DNA of 64,000 nt from Eledone cirrhosa (GCA_964016885.1 OZ024752.1:47244001-47308000), one strand, 5' to 3'; positions 1 through 12,345 are shown, counted from the stretch's first letter. The notes: a model not told the origin generated them from the sequence alone. Program-made: numbers and translations.

Positions 1-460
1 ACCCAGCACTCACTGTAAAGTGGTCGTGGAGGCGCCATGGAAAAAAAGCACCCAGCACTCACTGTAAAGTGGTCGTAGAGGTGCCACGGAAAAAAAGCAC
101 CCAGCACTCACTGTAAAGTGGTCGTGGAGGCGTCACGGAAAAAAAAAGCACCCAGCTCTCACTGTAAAGTGGTCGTGGAGGTGCCACGGAAAAAAAGCAC
201 CCAGCTCTCACTGTAAAGTGGCCGTGAAGGCGCCACGGAAAAAAAAAGCACCCAACACTCACTGTAAATGAGGTTGGTGTTAGGAAGGGCATCCAGCTGC
301 AGAAATCAAGCCAGGATCAGTTCCCGTATGAGCAAGACATGGTCAGCCAACCTGACATTGTCCACAACAGGACAACCCGTCTAACCCATGCTAGTGTGGA
401 AGAACGGACGTAAAACGGTGATGATGATGACGACGATGATGATGATGATGATGATTGAGG

Positions 461-469
461 AAAGGATAC
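461..469 (-). promoter_or_regulatory. U12-type (minor spliceosome) 5' splice site
   Basis: Intron begins GTATCCTTT exactly where protein homology stops; matches the U12 consensus RTATCCTTT. Confidence 0.85.
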
Positions 470-664
470 AATTGCCAAGCCAACTTTCCCAACAGGTGTC
501 ACCACCGGTGGCTTTATACAGTCACCAGCTGTTGTATAGTCACTCTCATGTAGACGCAGGCCTTTGATATCCACATTAAACAAATGAATCTTCTCATAGG
601 CTGAAACTACTTGGCCGTCATTGTTGATAACAACGTGGGTATTTTTCACAAACTGGTCTGTGTT
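470..664 (-). CDS. NIT1: NIT1 exon containing catalytic Lys (YEKIHLF); gene continues beyond position 1
   Basis: TTCCAG| acceptor, 195 bp, phase 0; NTHVVINNDGQVVSAYEKIHLFNVDI...PPVVTPVGKVGLAI, ending where the CYD motif should follow. Confidence 0.93.
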
Positions 665-1244
665 CTGGAAGCAAAATATGACAATAAATAATAATTGTTT
701 CTACTTTAGGCACAAGGCCAGCAATTACCCCAGTACATTACTGGTACTTTATGTTATCGACCCCGTAAGGATGAAAGGCAAAGTTAACCTCGGCGGGATA
801 TGATAATGTAACAATTGTTTCTACATTTAGGCACAAGGCCAGCAATTACCCCAGTGCATTACTGGTACTTTATTTTATCGACCCCGTAAGGATGAAAGGC
901 AAAGTTAACCTCGGCGGGATTTGATAATGTAACAATTGTTTCTTCTTTAGGCACGAGGCCAGCAATTACCCCAGTACATTAGTGGTACTTTATTTTATCG
1001 ACCCCGTAAGGATGAAAGGCAAAGTTAACCTTGGCGGGATTTGAACTCAGACTGCAAAGGGCCATAACTCCATGCCACAAAGCATGGCGTCTGACGTTCT
1101 ACCGACCCCATAAGGATGAAAGGCAAAGTTAACCTCAGCCAGATTTGAACTCAGAATGAAAATTATTTTAAAGAAAGAATTTTAATAAAAAAAAAAAAAG
1201 AATAAAAACAAATAACAAAGAAAAAAGAAAAGAAAATGAAATAC

Positions 1245-1400
1245 CTTTTGATGAAATCCACCTAATGATAACCATATTTGAAAATCTTTTGCAACGTTTT
1301 TGTATCTGGATATTAAATCGCCATTAAGACTCTCAGATTGTTCCAAAGACTGTTTTATAGATTCTCCAACATAATCAAAGCACTCTGGAAAAAATACCAT
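1245..1400 (-). CDS. NIT1: NIT1 exon containing catalytic Glu (FPEC)
   Basis: TTTCAG| acceptor, AAG|GTAT donor, 156 bp, phase 0-0; MVFFPECFDYVGES...WLSLGGFHQK. Confidence 0.93.
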
Positions 1401-1439
1401 CTGAAATATCAAAAGACAATTTTTTTTCATTTAGCCCTT

Positions 1440-1935
1440 TAGCATTTACATTACTCTGTATATCTATATATACTATATTTTCATGGTAAAGGCTTTACCT
1501 CACATATTATCTCACATAGCATTTACATTACTCTATATTTACTATTGTATTTTCACAGTAAAGGCTTTACCTCACATAATATCTCACATAGCATTTACAT
1601 TACTCTATATTTACTATTGTATTTTCATGGCAAAGGCTTTACCTCACATATTATCTCACATAGCATTTACATTACTCTATATTTACTATTGTATTTTCAC
1701 AGTAAAGGCTTTACCTCACATAATATCTCACATAGCATTTACATTACTCTATATTTACTATTGTATTTTCATGGTAAAGGCTTTACCTCACATATTATCT
1801 CACATAGCATTTACATTACTCTATATTTACTATTGTATTTTCACAATAAAGGCTTTACCTCACATAGCATTTACATTACTACGCTACATTTACTATTGTA
1901 TTTTCACAGTAAAGGCTTTACCTCACATAATATCA
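1440..1935 (-). repeat. 70-bp tandem array (~7 copies) inside a piggyBac-type MITE in a NIT1 intron
   Basis: Same subterminal segment as the 22 kb satellite, opposite orientation. Confidence 0.85.
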
Positions 1936-2771
1936 AATCTATGAGATTTTGATATTTATTTTGAGAACAATACCTTAACATCAGTCAGAGTGGCCAGTAC
2001 AGCTGGTTTGAACAGAAAGAGGTGAGAGAATGCTGACCGGATATGGCTGGTTTAAATGCTAAAGGGTTAAACTGACCATATCCGGCTAGAATTCTCTCAC
2101 CTTGTTCTGTTCAAACTGACCATAACCAGCCACTCATACTGACATTAAGGTATTGCTCTCAAAATAAATAATATCAAAATCTCATAGATTCGATATTATG
2201 TGAGATAAAACCTTTACTGTGAAAATACAATAGTATATATAAAGTAATGTAAATGCTAAAGGGTTCATTTAGGCTTCTAATTATTGACACAGTATTTTAG
2301 ATTGTAGTATGAAAGGAACTGATTGTCAAAGCAGACGAAAGCAATTTAACATTTAAACTGGCCGTATCCGGCCAGAATTCTCTCACCTCTTTTTGTTCAA
2401 ACCGGCCTTAACTGGTCCCTTGAAAATAGTATCAATGTAATAGTTAACCCCATAAATTTAACAAAAAACAAAAAAACAAAACAAAAACAAAACAACCCAG
2501 TAAAAAGAAAACTGAGATTTTACACGATTATATTTAGCCCTGACCCTAATACAAATGTAAACCAGAGCTAAAACTGGCTCTGATTCTATGAAATAAAAAT
2601 CACACCATTTTAAAGGTTTCCAATTTAAATTAAGATCTTCCAATGTAATTTATATAAGAACCACCTGAAAAAGGGGTTGACATCAGGAAGGGCATCTGAT
2701 TGGACCTAATGATGATGCTTGCAAGGTTAACTCCTGCTTTAGCGGAGAAAATGGTTTTAAAATATACATAC

Positions 2772-2958
2772 CTGTGCCCCTTGAGTCTTGGCCTTCTCAA
2801 TGAGAGTTTTGCACACAGAAAAGTTCTCTTCTTTATCTGCAGTTGATGTCAATTGGCATATAGCTATACGGGGGTGTATTTTGGTGGCTCTTTCTATAAC
2901 GCTAGACATCTTGCGGAAATAATGTCTACAGCCAGTTGAAGCAGTGAGAAGAACTAAC
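2772..2958 (-). CDS. NIT1: NIT1 exon (N-terminal nitrilase strand; second Met at 2909)
   Basis: Acceptor TATTTCAG| at 2959, donor CAG|GTATGT at 2772; encodes MSSVIERATKIHPRIAICQLTSTADKEENFSVCKTLIEKAKTQGAQ, matching the NIT1 'AVCQVTSTPDKQQNF' pattern. Confidence 0.92.
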
Positions 2959-3089
2959 CTGAAATAAATAAAATTCTCTGTCAATCTAAAGAAAAGGAAA
3001 AGGAAATAAGCCAATCATAAAATCAGACCAAGGAAACTATGTTTCCATTGCCGCTCCACTCTGCCAGTCACAACTCCTGACAGGAGATA

Positions 3090-3121
<32 letters not shown>

Positions 3122-4132
3122 GTTAAACGATGATGATGATGATGTTCATATATATAAAAGGAAAAAAAAGAAAGGAACTGATTGTTAGAGCAAACTAAGG
3201 AAATTTAACATTTAAACCGACCGTATCCATCCAGAATTCTCTCATCTCTTTTTGTTCAAGCTGACTGTAACTGGTCACTCATACTGACGTTAAGGTATTG
3301 TTCTCAAAATAAATAATGTCAAAATCTCATAGACGTGATATTATGTAAGGTAAAGCCTTTACCATGAAAATACAATAGTAAATATAGAGTAATTTAAATG
3401 CTAAAAGGTTAAACTGGCTGTATCCAGCCAGAATTCTCTCATCTCTTCCTGGTCAAACCGGCTGTAATCAGCTGCTCATACTGACAATAAGGTATTGTTC
3501 TCAAAATAAATAATATCAAAATCTTATAGATTTGATATTATGTGAGTTAATTATGTAAGGGAAAGCCTTTACCATGAAGATACAATAGTAAATATAGAGT
3601 AATGTAAATGTAAAAGGTTAATTTATCAATCCTGAAAAGAAGAAAAGAAAGATTGATCTCAACTTTGTGGGACTGCGGGTCATCCTAAGTCATCAATCCC
3701 AGAGGTGCCATCATGCATAGAGCTGAATTTATACATCCTACCTCCACTTGATATATGTAACATATATTTTTTACGATGTAACATATTTTGATTTGAGATT
3801 TTATAGGCCCAGGAGATAAGTCACACCTTCATTTTACAAACATTTACAATGTAACATAGATTTTAAATTGAGGTTCTGTAGGTCAACTAGATAAGTCACA
3901 CCCCTATTTTACATACAACATTTCAATGTGCCCTATATTTTAAATTGAGGTTTTGTGAGTCCAGTAGATAAGTTGTATGTTGTTTTTACATGCAGGTTTT
4001 TCCATGGAAAAATGTGTGACTTCTACGAGCCAGGTCAGGTGATGATGTCTTGCTCATACAAAACTGATTTTGGCTTGATTTCTACAGCTGGATGCCCTTC
4101 CTCACACCAACCTCATTTACAGTGAGTTCTCG

Positions 4133-4216
<84 letters not shown>

Positions 4217-4712
4217 TATATATGTATGTATGTAAAAGGTAAATAAAAATAACACAATTGATACATTATATGGAAGGGATATATTAGGTTAATGTTTGAT
4301 ATAGCAGGAAGAGAGGGTCTTAACGTTTCGGACGCTATATATATATATATAAATATATATATGTATATATATATATCATCATCATCATCATCATCATTTT
4401 ACGTTCGCTTTTCCCTGCTTGCAAGGGTGAGACGGGAACTGATTCTGGCTTGATTTCTACAGCTGGATGCCCTTCCTAACACCAACCTCATTTACAGTGT
4501 GGGCTGGGTGCTTTTTTGTCGTGGCACCTCCACGACCACTTTGCAGTGGAATGATGGGGACCCCAGTCCCTATCATCTCATTTCTACAGCTGAGTAAACT
4601 GGAGCAATGTGAAATAAAGTGTCTTGCTCAAGGAAACGACACATCACCTGGTCTGAGAATTGAACTCCCAACCTTTCGATTGCAAGGCCAATGCTCTAAC
4701 CACTAAGCCATG

Positions 4713-4744
<32 letters not shown>

Positions 4745-4791
4745 AAAAGAGAGTGGTGGTGGTGGCAGAAGCAACTGGGTAGAAACTCATT

Positions 4792-4823
<32 letters not shown>

Positions 4824-5329
4824 TGACAGGAGATGAGATTTGAACTCATAACAAACACAGAGCCGGATCAGATACCACAAGGCATCCTGTTCCAACTCTT
4901 TAACAATTCTGTCAATCCACCACCGCTGCTCCCCCCCACAGAACTGGTTACTTTATTTATCAATTCCCCAAAAGGATGAATGATGGCAAAGTTGACCATT
5001 GCAGATTTGAACCCAGAAGTCAGAGAACTGGATATAAATCTCAGAGCAAGATTTCTACTCAGTGTAGAATGAGTCACATTTAATCTGTCAACCTAATGAC
5101 TTGGTTAATTTGACAACCTTTGAAGAAAGCCAAAAAAAAAAAAAAATCTCTCTCTATATATATATACAAGTAAAACCTACTACAGTCAGTAGGCATCTCT
5201 AACAAAATACACCCCCGTCCCACCACCCCCACCCCATCCACACCACCCCCTTCTATGTAAAGTTATGTTGGTGCCACACCATCCAGGCCGAAACAAATGA
5301 GATCGTGTAGGTGTCACGACAAAAAAAAC

Positions 5330-5900
5330 ACACAGTCCACGCTGTAATGTGGCCGTGTAGGTAACACGGTAAAAACCTCCCAGACCCACACTGTAAATGT
5401 GGTTGGTGTTAGGAAGGGCATCCAGCTGTAGAAAACCTGCCACACAGTCCACGCTGTAATGTGGCCGTGTAGGCAACACGGTAAAAACCTCCCAGCCCCA
5501 CACTGTAAATGTGGTTGGTGTTAGGAAGGGCATCCAACTGTAGAAAACCCGCCAGACAGTCCACGCTGTAATGTGGCCGTGTAGGCAACACGGTAAAAAC
5601 CTCCCAGACCCACACTGTAAATGTGGTTGGTGTTAGGAAGGGCATCCAGCTGTAGAAAACCTGCCAGACAGTCCACGCTGTAATGTGGCCGTGTAGGCAA
5701 CACGGTAAAAACCTCCCAGCCCCACACTGTAAATGTGGTTGGTGTTAGGAAGGGCATCCAACTGTAGAAAACCTGCCAGACAGTCCACGCTGTAATGTGG
5801 CCGTGTAGGCAACACAGTAAAAACCTCCCAGACCCACACTGTAAATGTGGTTGGTGTTAGGAAGGGCATCCAACTGTAGAAAACCTGCCAGACAGTCCTA
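5330..5900 (+). repeat. 112-bp tandem array (~5 copies) from a SINE 3' region
   Basis: Repeating CAGTCCACGCTGTAATGTGGCC..GGTGTTAGGAAGGGCATCC; single-copy homologue at ~28.1-28.3 kb (-). Confidence 0.8.
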
Positions 5901-6004
5901 TGCGAGCAAGACAATCACTCTTGCCTCAAGTGGGAAAACCCCCGTCCAAACCCATGCAAGCGTGGAACACGGACGTTAAACGTTGATGATGATGATGATG
6001 ATGA

Positions 6005-6084
6005 TACAAGGTGTCCCAAAAATGTATACACATTTCAACATCATTCTAATAAATGTGTATATATATTTTTTGGGACACCCTGTA
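6005..6084. mobile_element. Tiny Tc1/mariner-type MITE (partial inverted second copy at ~6115-6170)
   Basis: TA-CAAGGTGTCCCAAAAA ... TTTTTGGGACACCCTG-TA. Confidence 0.65.
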
Positions 6085-6311
6085 TGTGTATATATATATA
6101 CACACACACACACACAGGATGTTCTAAAAAGTGTATACACATATTTATTAGAATGATGTTGAAGTGTATGTGTGTGCATGTGTGTGCATGTATATATATA
6201 TATATATCATATATCATATATCATCATCATCATCATCATCATCATTTAACGTCCATGTTCCACGCTTGCATGGGTTTGGACGGGAGTTTTCCCACTTGAG
6301 GCAAGAGTGGT

Positions 6312-6367
<56 letters not shown>

Positions 6368-6890
6368 CGTGTGTGAAGGCGCATGGCTGAGTGGTTAGAT
6401 TCGCAATCGTGAGGTTGTGATTTCGATTCCCAGACAGGCCATGCGTTATGTCCTTGAGCAAGACACTTTATTTCACGTTGTTCCTTCTGCCTGGAGTTGC
6501 GACTGACAGATAGTATTGGCAATTGGAAAGACAATAGAAACATTGGTGCTTTTTTTTTCTAGTTGAGAGTGTTGGAGCAACGTAAAAGAACACAACGCAC
6601 CGCTATGAATCGAACGGACGATCTTACGGTCACCAACCGAACAACCCTAACCACTAAGCTACGTGCGTTCTCCCAATAAATAACTAATTACGGTGAAAAA
6701 ATATACCTTTACGAAAAATTTTCTGTTTACTTAAATTAATAACTCTGAAAACATTTAATGCATATTTGCAAACACTTTCCAAGGGAGCGAAAATAAAAAA
6801 AGATAGAGCGTTTTAATGCCATACAGAACATATTCTGAAGCTAATCTATCTATAACAGTGAATAAAAATAGTAATTGCATAATATTTTAC

Positions 6891-6960
6891 CTGATCAGGA
6901 ACAACCAACAACGCACTGAACCACAAAGTATTATGAAATAGTTTTCAAGTTTTAGTTATA
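6891..6960 (-). other. Candidate alternative non-coding 5' exon of NIT1 (5' boundary unknown)
   Basis: Donor CAG|GTAAAA at 6891/6890 in unique sequence; no ATG and an in-frame TAA upstream. Confidence 0.3.
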
Positions 6961-7019
6961 CGATTTATCTCCCCTTCCGATAACAGTGAACTCAATTCAA
7001 ATATTCAATATGTCATCTA

Positions 7020-8085
7020 TGTCTATAAAACTGAAAGTGGGCAGAATGGGGGACAGAATGGAGAAGGCGTTTCCCCCGAAGGACGGCAAGGGAGACGCGC
7101 TGGAAGAGCCATTCCAACTCGCGAAGCTCACATCTGCGGCTGGCCAGCTCAGCGCCTATGGTGGTGAATAGGGAGGTAGCCCTAGGGCCGAGGACACCAG
7201 AAGTCTCCACTGCCAGCTCAGCGCCTAAGGTGGTGAGTAGGGAGGCAGCCCCAGGGCCGAGGACACCAGAAGTCTCCACTGCCAGCTCAGCGCCTAAGGT
7301 GGTGAGTAGGGAGGTAGCCCTAGGGCCGAGGACACCAGAAGTCTCCACTGCTAGGGGTAGCTGGCTCAGCGCCTATGGTGGTGAGTAGGGAGGTAGCCCT
7401 AGGGCCGAGGACACCAGAAGTCTCCACTGCTAGGGGTAGCCGGCTCAGCGCCTATGGTGGTGAGTAGGGAGGTAGCCCTAGGGCCGAGGACACCAGAAGT
7501 CTCCACTGCTAGGGGTAGCCAGCTCAGCGCCTATGGTGGTGAGTAGGGAGGTAGCCCTAGGGCCGAGGACACCAGAAGTCTCCACTGCTAGGGGTAGCCA
7601 GCTCAGCGCCTATGGTGGTGAGTAGGGAGGTAGCCCTAGGGCCGAGGACAACAGAAGTCTCCACTGCTAGGGGTAGCCAGCTCAGCGCCTATGGTGGTGA
7701 GTAAGGAGGTAGCCCCAGGACCGAGGACACCAGAAGTCTCCACTGCTAGGGGTAGCCAGCTCAGCGCCTATGGTGGTGAGTAAGGAGGTAGCCCCAGGAC
7801 CGAGGACACCAGAAGTCTCCACTGCTAGGGGTAGCCAGCTCAGCGCCTAAAGTGTTGAGTAGGGAGGTAGCCCTAGCGCCGAGGACACCAGAAATCTCCA
7901 CTGCCAAGGGTACAACCGCAAACCTGTCGGAGAGCGACCGGTATTTGAGGAGTTTGGCCTCCTCAGCCCGACGTGCAGCAGAACCTGGGTTAGTCGCAGA
8001 CTGCACCAGGTTGCGGCTAGAGAAAGTGTCGGTGCAAGTGGCATCCCAGACGAGGGGTTTGCCACCGCGGAACGGGAAGATTTAA
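7020..8085 (-). mobile_element. 3' fragment of a restriction-like-endonuclease non-LTR retrotransposon (CRE-like) with an internal 59/65-bp tandem array (7143-7910)
   Basis: GKPLVWDATCTDTF..GSAARRAEEAKLLKYRSL..VPLAVEISGVLG..WLFQRVSLAVLRG; GC-rich relative to flanks. Confidence 0.7.
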
Positions 8086-9833
8086 CAGAAAAGGTAAAAA
8101 AAAAAAAAAAAAATTTTTGTTTTGTTTACTTTTATCTCGATGGACCATCGTCGATTTCGACGGTGAGTACGCCAGTTGTTCGATTCACAGAACGTCCTGC
8201 TCATGTAATTAACGTGTAAATAGTTGAGCAGTCCACAGACACGTGTACCCTTAATGTAATTCTCAGAGAGATTCAGCTTGACACAGTGTGTAACAACGCT
8301 GGCCCTTTGAATCACAGGTAGTTTTTGGCAGGCTATTCTTCCCAATCTGATCAAAGCCAGCACTTTATGATTGCATAGCAAACTTTAAAAAAAAAAAGAG
8401 AAGCTTGTTTTATTTCGTAGAAGAGTTATATAAACATAAAAACAGAAAGAGAGCAGTATTAGAAAGGACTATAAATGCCATAAATGAGAGGAAAAGGAGG
8501 GGGAAGAGCAAGGACTATTAGGCAATGGAAGAAAGAAAGGGAGAAGGAGAGAGGGTTACAGATTCTATACCTAGGCCAGAGCATGCTACGTATGGTGCCT
8601 GTGGAAACACAGAGCAGTAACAGAGGACGTTGGCAGATATTCTACAAAGGCACTACTCACTTCGAATATGATCGAACTGCCCAGCTGGCCGTCTGCCGAG
8701 ATGTGCAGCACACAAGCTACATCTACCAGCATCATCACCAACAACATCTGTCCTGAATGCAACAGGCACTAAAAGTCACGCATAGGACTAATTAGTTATC
8801 GAAAACATAGCTATCTACCTGGGCAGCTAGGAATGTCAGATTCGTTCCAACATTGAAACGAAAAGAAACAAAACAAATATTAACCGTAGAAAATTATTCA
8901 CATTTGTATTAATAATTGTTTCTACTTTTGGCACAAGGCCAGCAATTTTCTCCTCCAGTGCATTACTGGTACTTTATTTCATCGACCCCGTAAGGATGAA
9001 AGATAGAGTTAACCTCGGCGAAATTTGAACTCAGAACTTAAAGGACCATAACTCTATGCTGTAAAGCATGGTGTCTGACGCTCCACCAGAACTGTCAATT
9101 CACCGCCCTACATTTGTATTAATAATAAATAAACACAGTTTATAAAAAAAAAAAAGTAAAAGACACTCTCGTTCAATCACACACACCACAAGAAGCGATG
9201 GAGCTCCGTCCTACATCCTGGATGCTGCTATGAAGTTGAGGGTCATTGTATTTGGAACCGAACGAAACAAAAATCGGAAAAATACTAGAAATTATCGGCA
9301 AAGTATTTTCATTTTCAGCTTGTGATATTCGAGACGTGTTGGGGTAGCTAGGCCGTTGACAACGAAGTTCTTGTCATTGTTGGTGGCTCGCCTTAACGTT
9401 TCCGCATCTTACATAGGATGTGGACTTAGCTTCTCAGGGCTATAATCTGGATTTGTTATACACTTGCGCGTCTGTGAAACATATACATATACACCAGGTC
9501 CGAACGATGATCGCAAAGGTGCTTGGTTATTCCAGCGTCATAGCCACGCCATCACCTGCAGCAATGCTGTGAGTGTGTTGGCTTGTCTAAAAAAAAAAAC
9601 AACCCATTAAAAGGAAACTTTTGTTGCAGTATGTGATTGAGTGTGCGTGTTTTATATTTCTCTATAATAATTTGTTTATAATAATTATTTCAAAACAAGG
9701 TATAGGTCTTTTACTTCCCAATTTCCACCACTTTCTTTTCTAAATTATAATGGTTTACATTTTGAAACTTAGGTAGTTACTTTCCCGAGCTATTAGATGA
9801 GGGGACGAAGTGATATCAGCTGGTTCCACTTAC

Positions 9834-9871
9834 CTGGATAAACGTTGTTTAAAAAATACAGTAAATGTCAT
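9834..9871 (-). CDS. NIT1: NIT1 coding exon 1 (putative mitochondrial presequence start, MTFTVFFKQRLS)
   Basis: ATG in AAACA-ATG context at 9871; strong donor CAG|GTAAGT at 9834/9833; phase 2 joins in frame (AG|G) to the exon starting at 2958, giving MTFTVFFKQRLSRLVLLTASTGCRHYFRKMSS. Confidence 0.7.
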
Positions 9872-10100
9872 TGTTTATCCGTTCTTAATGGCGGTGCGAA
9901 TCGAGACCCAAGGCCAATAACTCTAGATTTCCTCTTCAGAAAGTTTTCGGAAAAAAACAACCACACCACAATATCTGTTTTCTGTTATCTATGCTGCAAA
10001 ACATGGCATGAAGCATATTGTCCGATGTTCTACCGATACTGAACGAAGAGTTGTTGCAATATGCACCACAAGATGTGGGTATAAATGCAGTAGAAATGGG
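9872..10100 (-). promoter_or_regulatory. Putative NIT1 5'UTR/promoter
   Basis: Unique sequence with some CpGs directly upstream of exon 1; YY1-like ATGGCGG at about 9888-9894. Confidence 0.3.
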
Positions 10101-10129
10101 TGACGTTGAATGAATATATATATATATAT

Positions 10130-10323
10130 AACGAAGGAAATGTGCTAAGGAACCAGGTGGACCATAACGCACCAAAGTACTCAATACTTAGGGTAGTAGA
10201 GTGGGTAATAGGAACGAGTAGGACCCCGACGGCTGAGCTCAAGCCGTTTCGACGGCCAATTCAGTCCAGAATTAGCCGTTGAAACGGCTTGAGCTCAGCC
10301 GTCGGGGTCCTACTCGTTCCTAT
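10130..10323. mobile_element. (TA)n-embedded ~190-bp element with a terminal palindrome; copies at 43560-43753, 44138-44340, 59490-59685, 59790-59935, 62305-62405
   Basis: Shared AACGAAGGAAATGTGGTAAGGAACCAG.. end and a ~55-bp hairpin carrying GAAACGGC..GCCGTC. Confidence 0.8.
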
Positions 10324-10331
10324 ATATATAT

Positions 10332-10505
10332 GGACACACTAGAAGGGGAAGACCAAGGTTAACGTATGTTGATGCCCTAAGGACAGACACTGGTCTGTTG
10401 GAGACGCAGGACATGGCAGCGATAATGAGGGACAGAGACCGCTGGAGAGAACTCTTCCATGGATCTCGGGAATTTTACCCGCCTTAGATAGATAGATAGA
10501 TAGAT
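10332..10505 (+). mobile_element. RTE/RTEX-like LINE extreme 3' end with (TAGA)n tail
   Basis: GHTRRGRPRLTYVDALRTDTG..MRDRDRWREL. Confidence 0.65.
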
Positions 10506-10872
10506 ATATAATATATTGAGTTAGAAACTCAAAATAGTATTTTACAATTAAATATAGGTTTGTTATTTTTATTGATTTATTACTTTAAATAGAGACAAGC
10601 AAACCATATTGTTTTAAATAGTATTTTTTCAACCTAGCTAACTTGGTCATTTGCAATTCGAACACATCTATACTTCTATCGGTGTTCATCTCCCTCATAA
10701 ATTCAATTGTATGTATATATGCTAGTGTGAAAGAAATGGACGTAAAACGGTTATGATGACGGTGATGATTATATATATATATGTGTGTAAATGAAGTAAT
10801 TCCGTCGGAAAAAAGAGTGCTCTATGTAGGTAACAGAGCTTAATAGTTATGTAATAAACAACATAAGGCAAT

Positions 10873-10935
10873 TATTCCATTTACCAGTGGTTTCTTAAAA
10901 GCAAAAAATTTGCTTTCAATCATCAGAATGAAAAA
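10873..10935 (-). ncRNA. Type I hammerhead motif (mirror copy of 11000-11062)
   Basis: The reverse-complement arm of the 10.86-11.08 kb palindrome retains the full core and all three helices. Confidence 0.7.
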
Positions 10936-10999
10936 ATCCTGGTGTATTTATTGATATTGGATTCTTTTAGAATCCAATATCAATAAATACACCAGGATT

Positions 11000-11062
11000 T
11001 TTTCATTCTGATGATTGAAAGCAACATTTTTTGCTTTTAAGAAACCACTGGTAAATGGAATA
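11000..11062 (+). ncRNA. Type I hammerhead ribozyme motif
   Basis: TTTCATT-CTGATGA-stem II TTGAAAGCAA/TTGCTTTTAA-GAAA-CC ACT GG-TA-AATGGAA. Confidence 0.75.
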
Positions 11063-11520
11063 ATTGCCTTATGTTGCTTATATATATATATAAAATACAA
11101 TAAGTTGAAAAGATAACACACTAGAGAGAGATAGTGCGCCATCAATAAAACAGAGAAAAACCACACAATAATTAAAAATATAAATTAAAATGTATATACG
11201 CACCTCTATAACTATATAACATACGCGATCAGCGCGTGCAAGGCTTTACATTTCAGACAACTCTAAGAGAATCTAAAGCGACCGTCCAGCTACACGGGGG
11301 AGAGAGACGTCACAGCGTGTTTAGGGCAGTGAACCAGTGGTATCTGAGGGGCGAGCTGCTAGAAAGGGCCCCCCAAAAACCACTCAGAGAGAGGAAAGAC
11401 TGTTATAAGGAGCGAAATATCACGATAAATTAACGGAGCCATAGACTCTCGTTATTCCATGGCAATAATGTGTTCAAAGGAAAAGGAATCCTGGGCTCTT
11501 TAAAATACAATACTAGTGCG

Positions 11521-11564
<44 letters not shown>

Positions 11565-12269
11565 ATAATAATAAATGTGAAGACTAAAATCCAAAGAGGG
11601 CTCGATAAGGATAAATATATATCAAATATATAAGAACCGTAGAGCAAATATTTATTAAAATAACAGATTAATCTGTTATTTTAATAAATATATATATATA
11701 TACCATCATCATCATCGCCATCGTCATCGATTAACGTCTATCTTCCACGCTAGTATGGGTTAGATGGGTTTGTCCCAATTAGAGGCAAGTTGGATCGGGT
11801 GACCGAGTCTCGCTCATATAGGAGAGTTTCTGGCTGGTTTTCTACGGCTGGATGCCCTTCCTAACGCCAACCACATTGACAGTGTGTGCTGGGTGTTTGG
11901 GGGTAATGACCCAGAAACATGTTGATTGTTCCTCAAAGCCAGTGTTGACCAAACAGATGACGATTTGTTATCGGCATGGCACAGCTTTAATCGGGCCGTT
12001 TGTTTACAAACGAATCGAATATTATCATTAATATTCGATATAACCGATACGTACCCACACCCATGTATATGTAATATATATGTGTGTGTACATATGTGTG
12101 TACGTATGCATACTCACACGCACACGCACACATATAAATATATATATATGTGTGTGTATATATATATATATATATATGAAGTATTTGCTTAGGAAGGGTA
12201 ACGGAAAGGAGATTGCTCTATGTATGCTACAAAGCTATTTAATTATGTAATAAACAACATAAGACAATT

Positions 12270-12338
12270 ATTCCATTTACCAAAGGTTTCACGAAGACAG
12301 ACGAGCTCAACAGAGACGTCTGAAATCGCTCATCAGAA

Positions 12339-12345
<7 letters not shown>
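12270..12345 (-). ncRNA. Type I hammerhead ribozyme motif
   Basis: TTTCATT-CTGATGA-GCGA..AGACG/CGTCT..TCGT-GAAA-CC TTT GG-TA-AATGGAA; same flanks as the 11.0 kb motif but a completely different stem II. Confidence 0.75.
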
